Shown: positions 8,281-19,000 of the stretch, in pieces
How the letters are laid out: every line of letters starts with the position of its first letter
How positions within the stretch are numbered: position 1 is the stretch's first letter
Assembly: GCA_003602415.1 (NCBI GenBank)
Contig: QQSK01000005.1
Coordinates: 31,772 to 95,771 of the forward strand
From: Candidatus Poseidoniales archaeon
GTDB lineage: Archaea; Thermoplasmatota; Poseidoniia; Poseidoniales; Poseidoniaceae
Length of the DNA stretch: 64,000 nt
Direction: 5' to 3'
Program-made: the position numbers and the translations under genes
Notes under the pieces: model-generated
Databases searched by the model: none
What the model was told of the DNA's origin: nothing
Seen by the model: the letters and a program-made list of their open reading frames with translations, nothing else

Positions 8281-8937
8281 ATGAGAGTCCCTGGCGCTGA
8301 AGATCTTTGGCCATCGCTTGATGAGTCATTAGGACGACAGCCATGTTTTCCAAACGGCCCTGTATGGGGTGTTTTACCAACATTGAAGGGACAAATTATC
8401 GACATGTTGGAAATGGTTGGCTCTCAAGAGCGTGAAGGAATTAGTATAGATTCATCCAAAGGTCCTGTCCACATTGATGAAACTGCCATCATTGAACCAT
8501 TTGTTCACATTATTGGCCCAGCCTATATCGGTCCAAACGCAACGCTGAGGCATGGCGCATACATACGTGAATACTCATGGATTTGTGCGAATTCCTTGGT
8601 AGGTCATGCAAGCGAAACCAAGCACAGTGTACTCCTTCCAGGAGCAAAGGCACCGCATTTCAATTATGTTGGGGATTCAATTTTAGGTCCAGATGTAAAT
8701 TTGGGAGCTGGAGTTAAGCTCTCTAATTTACGTAATGATGGAGGCGAAGTTCATACTCGTATCGATGGTGAAAGGGTTGCAACTGGGCTCAGGAAATTTG
8801 GTGCAATAATCGGTGAAGGCGCGCAACTGGGATGTAATGTTGTTACAAATCCAGGAGTAGTCCTAGGCGCAAGATGTATGGTTTTACCAAATACAACTGT
8901 CACGGGCGTTCATGAATCTGATTCCAAAGTCGGGTGA
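8281..8937 (+). CDS. hexapeptide-repeat (left-handed beta-helix) acyltransferase, GlmU C-terminal-domain-like
   Basis: Hexapeptide repeats (IGPNATLRHGAYI, VGDSILGPDVNLGAGVKL, IGEGAQLGCNVV). The stop codon lies immediately before the phosphohexomutase gene. Confidence 0.7.
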   Translation: MRVPGAEDLWPSLDESLGRQPCFPNGPVWGVLPTLKGQIIDMLEMVGSQEREGISIDSSKGPVHIDETAIIEPFVHIIGPAYIGPNATLRHGAYIREYSWICANSLVGHASETKHSVLLPGAKAPHFNYVGDSILGPDVNLGAGVKLSNLRNDGGEVHTRIDGERVATGLRKFGAIIGEGAQLGCNVVTNPGVVLGARCMVLPNTTVTGVHESDSKVG

Positions 8938-8941
8938 TTTG

Positions 8942-10462
8942 ATGCTATTTGGCACAGACGGAATTCGAGGAGAGGTTTGTGAATCTCCAAATTCCGATGA
9001 CCAAGCGATTTCAGATTTATTGGAAGATAGGAAAATATCTGCCACGTTGATGAAATTAGTCGGTGAAGCCCTTTCTAGAATTGTTGATTCTAACTCCCAA
9101 GTAATCATAGGATGGGATGAAAGGCCCGATAATCCAGAATTGGTTACATCTCTTACAATTGGTTTGCATTTAGGAGGTTGCAAGGTTGTTCATGCAGGTG
9201 TTTGCGCCACACCCGCCCTTCATAATGCACTGTTAGAAACAAATTCTGCGCTTGGTTGTATGATTACTGCAAGTCATAATCCCGTAACTGATTCAGGCAT
9301 CAAGGTATTCGATTCTAAAGGATACAAAACCAATCCTGAAATGGAAGGGTTAATCTCTGAAATTATTGTTCAATTGGCTGCTGAAGATAGAGATGTAGAC
9401 CAAACTTATCTTGATGAGTTATCTATACCGGATTCTCAATTTAATGCTGATCTTGCTCACCAAGAATTACTGGTTATTCGTTTGGCTGAGTTCTCAGGAT
9501 TGTTTGCAGCTCCAAAACAAAAAGAGCTGTTAATCGATTCTTCAAAGGGTGCTGCTTCTCGCTGGGTTGCTTCATTTCTAACTAGAGCAGGCATCAAATC
9601 TAGAGAGGTTTCTCTAGATGCTATCGCCTTGAATCATAATTGCGGGGCTGGTGAATTGAAACCAACCGATTCATGGACATGGGAAGAAGCCGCAAACAGT
9701 GAACACATCCTAATTCGTTCTTTGAATAAATGTGATTCTGGAATAATTATTGCTGCTGCACTCGATGGGGATGGAGACCGATGCTTGCTAATCGAATCTA
9801 CCGAGGATGGATGTCGTGTAGTTGATGGTGACGAAATGGCTGACCATGTTTTGCGCTCAGCAAAAGGAGATTGGCATTTGGCCGCAAGTATCGAGTCCGA
9901 CCTTTCTCTAATCTCCTCTCTGGAAAGATTGCCTGCTAACATTCAGTTCACTCAGACTGCTGTTGGAGATAGATGGCTATCCAATGCACTAAGAGAGAGT
10001 TCCAGTCAAGTGATTGGAGTTGAAGATTCTGGACATTTGGTTATGTCAGCACCGCATCCATCAGGGGGCAGATGTTTGGTAGGAGATGGAGTTGCTAGTA
10101 TGCTGGCAGTACTGTGTGCAATGTCATGTGAAGATCGTTGTTCTCAATTTGTTCGAGGATTCAAAAAGAGAGTTTCAATCACACCATCCATACGTTCCCG
10201 ATGGACTGGAGGTAATTCCTTAGCGGATACTGTGGAATACATTGCACAGAACAAGTTAGGCCAATTGAATAGGCAAGGGCTGGCCGGTGAGGCTAATTTG
10301 ATGTTATTGGAATCCAATGGGATTTCAATTGGTGTGCGGAATTCTGGCACCCAGGCTAAAACTAACGTTTCTCTGAGAGTTGCCCACGGCATAGACTATT
10401 CACAAGCATTAGAAGCCATGCAACTGATTTGCAAGACTTTGAGTGAAGAATTGATTGACTAA
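8942..10462 (+). CDS. glmM: phosphoglucosamine mutase / phosphohexomutase
   Basis: LFGTDGIRG, catalytic loop TASHNP and metal loop DGDGDR. ATG 8942 was chosen because it lies just after the upstream stop at 8937. Confidence 0.85.
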   Translation: MLFGTDGIRGEVCESPNSDDQAISDLLEDRKISATLMKLVGEALSRIVDSNSQVIIGWDERPDNPELVTSLTIGLHLGGCKVVHAGVCATPALHNALLETNSALGCMITASHNPVTDSGIKVFDSKGYKTNPEMEGLISEIIVQLAAEDRDVDQTYLDELSIPDSQFNADLAHQELLVIRLAEFSGLFAAPKQKELLIDSSKGAASRWVASFLTRAGIKSREVSLDAIALNHNCGAGELKPTDSWTWEEAANSEHILIRSLNKCDSGIIIAAALDGDGDRCLLIESTEDGCRVVDGDEMADHVLRSAKGDWHLAASIESDLSLISSLERLPANIQFTQTAVGDRWLSNALRESSSQVIGVEDSGHLVMSAPHPSGGRCLVGDGVASMLAVLCAMSCEDRCSQFVRGFKKRVSITPSIRSRWTGGNSLADTVEYIAQNKLGQLNRQGLAGEANLMLLESNGISIGVRNSGTQAKTNVSLRVAHGIDYSQALEAMQLICKTLSEELID

Positions 10463-13400
10463 GAAGCGGCTATTTCTTGCTCGTATTTTTGACCTAGCCA
10501 AGTTACCAATCCAAGCAATATTGCTGTTGCGATTAGCATTATCAAAATCATCAAATTATTGGCTCCTGCAAGAACGAGTATTCCTGCAATCATCCAGGCT
10601 AACAGTAAGTCGAGAGCGCCGAATACTCTCCATGCTCGTCGTAATGTTATCACCCCTATCAACCATGAAGTTGTAGAAACTGCGAGCACTAATACCATCA
10701 TCAATACGGTTGTATGTTCATAATGAGCAAAAGCTCCAGAAGGAATCAAAATGTGGCCCGCCCATAAGCCTGAAGATAACCAAACTTCCTTGTTGGTTAC
10801 AACGCTAACAATCGAGCAAATCAATCCAATTATTCCGATTGCAATCATAAACAATGCAGTTGTATCATCTACAATTTCAATCCAATTTCCTAGAGCATTC
10901 CAGCTGATTGGCAAGAATATTGCAACTCCCAATGGAACTGCTGGTTGAGTCCATTTTATCGCATTCTTTATTGCAAAAATACTGGCTATAATTCCCGCAA
11001 TTCCAAATGAAATCACTATGGTCATAACAGCCCAAGTAACTCTTCCAATCGCTCCTCTGTGGTCCCCTAAATTTCGCTTGAGTCTCTCGGACTCAACCCA
11101 CTCAAATAGTAAAACCGCCCCTATCAAAAATATTTCAATCGACCAAATTGGAACAATCCAGGATTGTTCATCACTGAATGAAGGTGCTTGTTGAATCGAA
11201 TCTACTCCCATCAGAGATGTCAATAATCTAGACATCAACATCAACATAACAACTCCTTCCAAAACAGAAGGTATGCGTAAGCCGAGGTCCTTTCTTCCGA
11301 CAAGAGAAATTGATGCTAGAATAATCAATGAGCACAATAGTACCAGAGATTCCCATTGAGAATCGATTGTAACATTCGAGTCGCCTAAGCGGCCTGCGAT
11401 CTGAATCAAAGTAAGGCCAGCCATCGTAATCGCAACTGGAGATTCGATACCTAGAATATCAGGAAGTTGAAGATTTACTTGGTCTGCTCTCCAACGTGCA
11501 ATTCCAATGAATAATACCGAAATAAATGAGGCCATCGAAATTGCAAGTAATGATTCTCCGTTTGTCCATGAGAAGAAGATGCCTACTAACAAAGTCACAG
11601 AAATGAATGACAGAACGATCGTAGGTTTATGGTGAATGTCTCCCACCACTAAGTCGTACTCCCCCGATGAAGAGCGGCGGCGTGCGCGCTTTTTCTGTAA
11701 CTCAGATAATTCTAACAATTCGGCATCGACCATTTTGATATTGCTTGAAGGTTCAATTTTTTCTTCTAATTCAATTATTGATTCTTTACGAGAAATATAC
11801 TTTTCAAGGCGGTCTTCTCGTTGAGAGACTTGCTTTAATCTAGACCTGATTTCTCCTTGGGCTGCTAACCATGCACCTGTCAATACGAAACTTATCGCTG
11901 CGAGATAAATGGTGAAACTGTCTTCTAATGTGAATGCTGCTAGACCAATTGTCGCTAGAACTGCAATACTTGCAATCGCAGATGGGAGCAATCGTTCTAA
12001 TTTGGAGGCGCGCGGTAAATACAAACATGTTACCGTTCCTATTCCTGCCAAAGATGCAAGACGAAGATTCATTGTATCATTTGGCAAAAAATCACTGTTT
12101 GAAAGAGAGATATTGATTGGTTCGTCCAAACCAATAAGCATCAGCATAATGGAAATAAATCCAAGAGAGATGGTTATCAATTTCTCAGGCATTAATGCTT
12201 GATGAGATATCTTTTCTCCGTCTTTCAGTCTTTGAGCATTTATCTCAGACCAGCTAACAATTATCACAGAGGATACTCCTAACAATATTGCCCAAATAGC
12301 GCCAAATCCAAATCGCCACTGCAAGATAAGAGCTGCAATAGCCCACGAAACGAGAATCGTTCTTGGTGTACCTTGGTGCCTGTCCATACGCATTGCAATC
12401 GAATGGCTCAACAACAACAAGCCCATTGCTGAAAGTAAGCCATATGCTGGTAAAATCCCAGGGCTTGTGATGAATAATAATGTGAATATAATCGTGATGA
12501 AACTAATATTCCAAAGTCGCATCATCCCGCTATCTCTCATTCTAGCACTCAGTTCTGACATCCCAGTCAATCGCCCTGCTAGATTTACACCACTTTCTCC
12601 TAATTTGAGATTCAAAGGAATTTGAATTAGAATCAAAGCCAGAATGTAAATTGCAAGATCATGTTCCGAGATATTCATTGGAATCAAATCTACAGACACC
12701 AATCGGTTTTCGATATTGCTAGTGAAGAATATTAGCCAAATCCAAGGAGCTAGGGATGCAGTTCCTGCAAGAGACGGTGAATCTCTTCGTACTGCTAATC
12801 CCGCTAGACCGACCCACACCATCAACTGGCAAATTAGCAATATTCTAGCGTATTTTACTTCCTCGGCCTGAATCAATAATGTTAGTAAAATTACTATGAT
12901 TATCGAGCCTATCCACAGCACTTGATCTGAAACTGCGTGTTGGTGGTTTAGCACTGCAAATGTTGTAAGCGCGGCACTAAAAGCAGCATAGATAGACCAT
13001 GGTTCTGAAAATGGCGTATCTATTACTTGGCGAACCATTAGAATTAGAATCGCTAAAAGAATTGGCGCTGGCCAAAGAGCATAACGTTGCAAACGACTCC
13101 AACTTTCACCTCTAACTACAAGATAAGATGGTGCAAATGCAGATAGTAACAGAATCATTTGAGCTAATGCGTATCCCGTTTCTAGCCTATTAGATGCTAT
13201 TGCCAATAGCGCTCCAATCATTCCTAATCCAACCGAAACAGACCATAGTCCTGGTTTACCCAGGCCCATTGCCTTGAATGCGGAGGAGAACCAATTCTCG
13301 GCTGTTGCAAATCTTGTTGCTGTGATTGCATTAACACCGGTTACTGCGAACATCAATAGGAACAGAAGTAATTCATCGTCAAATGATTCGATCGCAATCC

Positions 13401-14223
13401 CGAAAATGACCCAATCATTGCTGATAGCATGTAGACCAATCCATAGATAGGATACTGCAATTCCTAAAGATGCTAGATTGCCAGATTTGCGTAAATATGC
13501 CAAAGAATGGAGTAATAGTGTACCGATTCCAATCATTACTGCAACGCCTTGTTCGCCATATGGTTCACCTGCTGCAGAGCCTATTGCCAACAAAACAAGG
13601 GTCGCTTGTGTTGCAATTGCATCTTCATCGTGATGTTGAGCAACTGCGATATTTATTGCAACTAATCCCAAGAGAGATACGCCTAATTCGGTTTGGCCTA
13701 TCCAATCCCAAGCGTACATTGAAATTGCCAAGCCGTACAACAACTTCATCGAAATAATGACCCATGTAACTCCAAGGAGTTGCATGCTCTTCTTGGGAAT
13801 CCAAAGCTCACCTAACCACATTCCAAAGCCTGCCATCAACAATAAGCCAATTGCAGAGAATGTGTGGCTGAAAATTGGCGATGTGCCCACGATTGTACCT
13901 ATCGCAGACCAAACGACGATCATGGAGATCATCAATCCATAATGGATGCGCCTCTCTCCTTCAATTGCGTATTCTGTAACACTGTCCTGCTCAGGTGGTG
14001 CATCTACTGTGCCATCAGCATTTACAGCACTTGGTAAATCTCCGCGTGTGAAAATTTCAGCCATTTCGCCAATAGCAACGTCCTTTACTTCGGCTTCTTC
14101 TTTTTCCGGAGAAATATCAGGTTCTTCATCCTCTGATGAAATAAGGAATTTATCGAAATTGATTCCTGATGCTTTTTCGAATTTCTGTTGGGAGAGAATC
14201 TCATCTTCTGTATCCTTCTCCAT
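10459..14223 (-). CDS. giant polytopic membrane protein (1254 aa), function unknown
   Basis: An acidic N-terminal ~100 aa is followed by some 30 or more hydrophobic segments. These are interrupted by one charged coiled-coil-like stretch (RSRLKQVSQREDRLEKYISRKESIIELEEK...KKRARRRSSS). Confidence 0.8.
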   Translation of the reverse strand: MEKDTEDEILSQQKFEKASGINFDKFLISSEDEEPDISPEKEEAEVKDVAIGEMAEIFTRGDLPSAVNADGTVDAPPEQDSVTEYAIEGERRIHYGLMISMIVVWSAIGTIVGTSPIFSHTFSAIGLLLMAGFGMWLGELWIPKKSMQLLGVTWVIISMKLLYGLAISMYAWDWIGQTELGVSLLGLVAINIAVAQHHDEDAIATQATLVLLAIGSAAGEPYGEQGVAVMIGIGTLLLHSLAYLRKSGNLASLGIAVSYLWIGLHAISNDWVIFGIAIESFDDELLLFLLMFAVTGVNAITATRFATAENWFSSAFKAMGLGKPGLWSVSVGLGMIGALLAIASNRLETGYALAQMILLLSAFAPSYLVVRGESWSRLQRYALWPAPILLAILILMVRQVIDTPFSEPWSIYAAFSAALTTFAVLNHQHAVSDQVLWIGSIIIVILLTLLIQAEEVKYARILLICQLMVWVGLAGLAVRRDSPSLAGTASLAPWIWLIFFTSNIENRLVSVDLIPMNISEHDLAIYILALILIQIPLNLKLGESGVNLAGRLTGMSELSARMRDSGMMRLWNISFITIIFTLLFITSPGILPAYGLLSAMGLLLLSHSIAMRMDRHQGTPRTILVSWAIAALILQWRFGFGAIWAILLGVSSVIIVSWSEINAQRLKDGEKISHQALMPEKLITISLGFISIMLMLIGLDEPINISLSNSDFLPNDTMNLRLASLAGIGTVTCLYLPRASKLERLLPSAIASIAVLATIGLAAFTLEDSFTIYLAAISFVLTGAWLAAQGEIRSRLKQVSQREDRLEKYISRKESIIELEEKIEPSSNIKMVDAELLELSELQKKRARRRSSSGEYDLVVGDIHHKPTIVLSFISVTLLVGIFFSWTNGESLLAISMASFISVLFIGIARWRADQVNLQLPDILGIESPVAITMAGLTLIQIAGRLGDSNVTIDSQWESLVLLCSLIILASISLVGRKDLGLRIPSVLEGVVMLMLMSRLLTSLMGVDSIQQAPSFSDEQSWIVPIWSIEIFLIGAVLLFEWVESERLKRNLGDHRGAIGRVTWAVMTIVISFGIAGIIASIFAIKNAIKWTQPAVPLGVAIFLPISWNALGNWIEIVDDTTALFMIAIGIIGLICSIVSVVTNKEVWLSSGLWAGHILIPSGAFAHYEHTTVLMMVLVLAVSTTSWLIGVITLRRAWRVFGALDLLLAWMIAGILVLAGANNLMILIMLIATAILLGLVTWLGQKYEQEIAAS

Positions 14224-14348
14224 AGTACATCAACATTGATTTTGGCTTTGAATATCTCCCCTCGAAGATTCGATTTATGAATGATTGAGATGGTTTTTTG
14301 CTGTTTCCGAACCGGTAAAGACAAAGAGGTCCCGCGGTTGGCCGCATC

Positions 14349-15941
14349 ATGGCGACTACAATGGGTGCCCCGTCGGGCGACCTATCAGAAAGCGGCATTA
14401 GTACAAATGCTACAGTGCATTGGAATCTTGACAACATGACCTTGATCGACTTGGCTGTTGAACGTGGAGAAGGTTTCCTTTCAGCTGATGATGCCTTAGT
14501 TACTGAAACTGGCGAGAGAACAGGAAGGTCGCCTAACGACAAATACATCGTGGATGAGTCGACGACCAATCAGGATGTAAACTGGGGAGACGTTAACGTT
14601 TCAACCAGTAAAGAAGTGTTTGACAGAATGAAGGCCCAGGTTATCGAGTACTTGTCTGCAAGGGACACTCTTTTCGTCCAAGATTTGTACTGTGGTTCTG
14701 AAGAGAGTGAGGCTCTACCAATTCGAGTTATCAACCAAAATGCTTGGCACAATGCTTTCGCAAGAAATATGTTCGTCAGGCCAACTGAAGAGCAACTGAA
14801 AACCCATGAGCCTCAATTCACTGTCTACCACGCACCTCACTTTGAAGCAAGTGATGGTGCACTTAACTCTCAATGTTTTGTAATTGTAAATTATGCTGAA
14901 GGCGAGGTAATTATTGGAGGGACGCGTTATGCTGGAGAAATTAAGAAATCGATTTTCAGTGTAATGAATCTAATTCTTCCAAAGAAAGGAATTCTTCCAA
15001 TGCACTGCTCTGCTAACACTAATGGCGAGAATACTGCAATTTTCTTCGGGTTGTCCGGTACTGGAAAAACCACCCTTTCTGCAGATCCTAAGCGTGCACT
15101 AATCGGTGATGATGAACATGGATGGGGATCAAATGGTGTGTTTAATTTCGAAGGAGGATGTTATGCTAAACTCATCAACCTTTCAGAAGAAGATGAGCCT
15201 GAGATTTTTGCAACCACTCGTCAAAAGGGAACTGTTCTCGAAAACATCGTAGTCGATGGAAATGGCGTGCCTGATTTCTTTGACACTAGTAAAACGCAGA
15301 ATACACGAGGTTCATATCCAATAGAAGCTATCGAAAATAGAACGCAAGATAGTAAAGGGGGTCACCCTCAAAATGTGATTTTCCTAACCTGTGATGCCTT
15401 CGGAGTATTGCCTCCAATCAGCCGATTAAGCGATTCTCAAGCGGCTTATCATTTCATTTCGGGCTATACTGCAAAGGTCGCAGGAACTGAAATTGGAGTT
15501 ACTGAACCTGAAGCAACATTCTCCGCATGCTTTGGAGAACCATTCATGCCTATGCATCCTGGAGTTTATGCGGATTTATTATCTGCCAAAATGGCAGAAC
15601 ATGGTTCCACTGCTTGGCTGATCAACACCGGTTGGTCTGGTGGTTCTTACGGCGTAGGAAATAGAATGAAAATTAAGTACACACGCGCTATGTTGAATGC
15701 TGCATTAGATGGAGAACTTGAGAATGTTGAATATGTACTTGATGAACGATTCGGGTTCGAAATTCCAACTTCTTGCCCAGGGGTTCCATCAGATGTACTG
15801 ATTCCTAAACAGACATGGTCTAATGGAGATGAATATGATTCAACTGCTGACAAATTAGCGATGATGTTTAACAAGAATTTCGAAAGGTATGCAGATGGTG
15901 TTTCTGATGAAGTTAACGCTGCTGCTCCTGTAATTAATTAG
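14349..15941 (+). CDS. pckA: phosphoenolpyruvate carboxykinase (ATP)
   Basis: GLSGTGKTTLS P-loop, LIGDDEHGW and NTGWSGG. The length of 530 aa fits. Confidence 0.95.
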   Translation: MATTMGAPSGDLSESGISTNATVHWNLDNMTLIDLAVERGEGFLSADDALVTETGERTGRSPNDKYIVDESTTNQDVNWGDVNVSTSKEVFDRMKAQVIEYLSARDTLFVQDLYCGSEESEALPIRVINQNAWHNAFARNMFVRPTEEQLKTHEPQFTVYHAPHFEASDGALNSQCFVIVNYAEGEVIIGGTRYAGEIKKSIFSVMNLILPKKGILPMHCSANTNGENTAIFFGLSGTGKTTLSADPKRALIGDDEHGWGSNGVFNFEGGCYAKLINLSEEDEPEIFATTRQKGTVLENIVVDGNGVPDFFDTSKTQNTRGSYPIEAIENRTQDSKGGHPQNVIFLTCDAFGVLPPISRLSDSQAAYHFISGYTAKVAGTEIGVTEPEATFSACFGEPFMPMHPGVYADLLSAKMAEHGSTAWLINTGWSGGSYGVGNRMKIKYTRAMLNAALDGELENVEYVLDERFGFEIPTSCPGVPSDVLIPKQTWSNGDEYDSTADKLAMMFNKNFERYADGVSDEVNAAAPVIN

Positions 15942-16021
15942 TCAATTTGCTGTGTTTTGCATCATCAGCGATAATCCGTACTTTCATAGCACACTAGTGG
16001 CACGGTTATGTGTTGAGGACC

Positions 16022-19000
16022 ATGCGTACACGTACAATCCTTCTTGCCAGCCTGATGATAATGATGACAATGGTCCCACTTGCAAATGCAGGTATAGTCG
16101 CGCCTCTAGAACAGAGTAAAGAGTCTCAAGAACCAATTATCAGTGACGCTCCTATCAAGACAATCGGCGATTTCGAACAACGAATTGACACTGGCTCATC
16201 TGGAAGAGCACCTTGTAATGCCGTTCAGACGGATGCTGGGACAGCAGGTGATGCTGGAAACACCAGTACTACTGCAAGGAGTCTGGGGACTGACCCAAAC
16301 AATGGCCCAACTGGAGTAACTGGTTGTGTTGATGCTAACGATCCAGAGGACATGTACAGTATTACGACCTCCTCTGGAAAAGATGTTGATGTCGAATTGG
16401 TCGTACCTACCGGTGCTGATTTTGATTTATACATTGTAGATTCAAGTAAGAATCCTTACGCATATGACTGGTCTGAATACAATGACCCATTGGAAAAGGT
16501 TTCAACCGGTTCTACTAACTTGTCTGGGCAAGCAACCACATTCTATGTGTGGGTCAATATGTATAGTGGAGACGGTCAATACACTCTTCGTGTTTGGACT
16601 AACAACACGGTACCTAAACCAGACATGACCATCTCAATGGTTTCCCCTCCTTCTAAAGCAAAGGCTGGCGACACAGTGAGCATAAATTACACTGTAGAGA
16701 ACTTAGCAAACAACACATCTGCAAATACTGGTGCTTTCGATGTTTTCTTCATCCTATCAACCGATACGACCTATAGCGCCACCGATACATTGCTAGATGA
16801 TGTATCCAATGAAGCAGATTTAGCTGCTGGCGCATCAAGAAATACCACCATGAGCATTTCACTTCCTGCAAATCTGACTAATGATTCATACTACTGGTTA
16901 GTTTGGGCTGATGGCTATGGAAACATAACAGAAAGTAATACCTCTAACAACAATATGTGGTCAACCACGTTGATGGTTGTAGGTGAAGATTGTGCCGACT
17001 TATCAGGGGGGGCTCAGAACGATGGTGGACTTGGTTATGATGCTGCTAGCGATACTGCCAATGCTACAAACATGGGAAATAACGTCACTGGAACATATTC
17101 AGGATGTATGGATGGAGCCGATGGAGATGATATTTTCGCGTTCGATGTTCCTGCTGGATATTTCTTAGAAGTAGAATTGGATGCTGAAGATCAAACCTCT
17201 GACCTAGACTTGTTTATCCATTATTCAAATGGCTCTGAAGTGGATAGAGGCTATACCTCCTCATACCCTGAAACCGCTACTGCGAAGTTGACAGATTATG
17301 AAGGGGTTGGCGGCACATATTACGTCAACGTAACACATTACTCAGGAGTTTCAAATTACACTCTGGATGTTTGGACAAACCAAAGCATCCCTGCTCCAGA
17401 TTATGTTATTGATTCCGTAACTAGCCCAGGTAGTGGGCAAGCTGGAGATTCGTTTGATGTAACTGCAGTATTAGCAAATGATGGAACTGTTGATGGCTCC
17501 TCTAATGTTGAGTTGACAACTATTCTTTCAGTTAATACTGGCGTTGATTGGTATGACCATGAAATTGGTTCGGTTTACGTTAGTGGAATCCCAATTGACA
17601 CTAACACTAGTGTAACAATACCTTCAACCATCCCTCTAGATATTGTTGAAGGCGGTTACTATCTGTATGTAGTTGCAGATCAAGATGACTTGATTCTGGA
17701 AAGAGATGAAGATAACAATCAGCGATCTAAAACCGGCCAATTCTCTATCGGTAACGCAGAAACTTCCTGTGCAACACAAAATGATGCTGGAATGGGAGGA
17801 GATGCTGCTAACAACACTGGTGGAGCATATGACCTTGGAAACTACGCTGAAGCCGAATACAGAGGATGTATCGATTCTAGTGATACTAGTGATTACTACA
17901 CAATCACTCTAAGCACAGGCCAAAGCCTGAACGTTACTTTAGTCGACCCTCCGTCTGGCGCTGTGGGCTTGGCTATCGTAGACGCAAATGGCAACGGGGT
18001 TGATTCTGACACAGGTTTGTTCTCTGATAGTGAAGCATCAACCTTCGATACTTCATTCGAAGGAACTGCAGGAGTTTACACCATAATGGTAAACCGCTCA
18101 ACATCATTCTGGGAAAGTGGCGGCGCTGGAACTTACAGATTACTAATTGGTAATCCTGCAGGATATGTAGCTCCATTTACCTGCGCAGGTCATTCAGATG
18201 CCGGTTTAGGAACTGATGCTGGAACTGGGCAGTCCGATGCAATGGTTGTTGGGGCAAATCCGTCACTTAGTGGACAGGGTTGCCTAGATGGACAAGATTC
18301 AATGGATGCCTACGAATTTAATCTCGAAGATTACAACAATGTAGATGTCATGTTCATGCCAGATCCTGGGTCATCGTTTACATCGAGCTTGTATGATGAG
18401 ACGGGTGCTATGGTAACTGGATGGAATGGTACCTCCTGGACATCTATGGATGATATGGCCCATGAAGGAATGGATGGAACTTTCACATTGGTTATCGACT
18501 CTGCAGGAGGAGAAGGATTCTACAACATTTCAATTTCAACTCTACCCCCTGCACCTGCTGATCTTTCGATTAGCAACCTAACCTGTGGTGCAGAAATGAT
18601 TAGCAACGAAGAATTGTTCTACTCATTCGAGATACACAATCTCCGAGGTCCTGCAATTGGTGATTTCAACTGGACCCTAGACTTGGTAGATGAAAACGGA
18701 TTAATCATTGAAGAAATCGATTCTTCGGTAATGAGCACATACTCTACATATGGCCAATTAGTTCTGGAAAGAGCATCTTCTACTTTCATTGATGCAACTA
18801 CTTCCAGTGGCACATATGCATGTAAGGTTACCATGAATATGGACAGAGCCATAGATGAATTGGAACTGCTCAACAATGAATTAATCGGTGAAAATTTCAC
18901 AATACAAAACGAAGAAGAATTGTGGGCTAACGATGCTGATAGAGACGGTTACAACACCACTGATTCTGGCGATGGCATTGTTGACGACTGTCCTGACAAG

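Noticed and set aside
13470-14324. Antisense ORFs inside large genes, e.g. 13470..14239 (plus), 19059..19617 (minus), 26724..27200 (plus), 44510..44920 (plus), 56069..56290 (plus) and 62250..62780 (plus)
   Set aside because: These are shadow ORFs opposite well-supported genes. Their composition is low-complexity and they carry no motifs.
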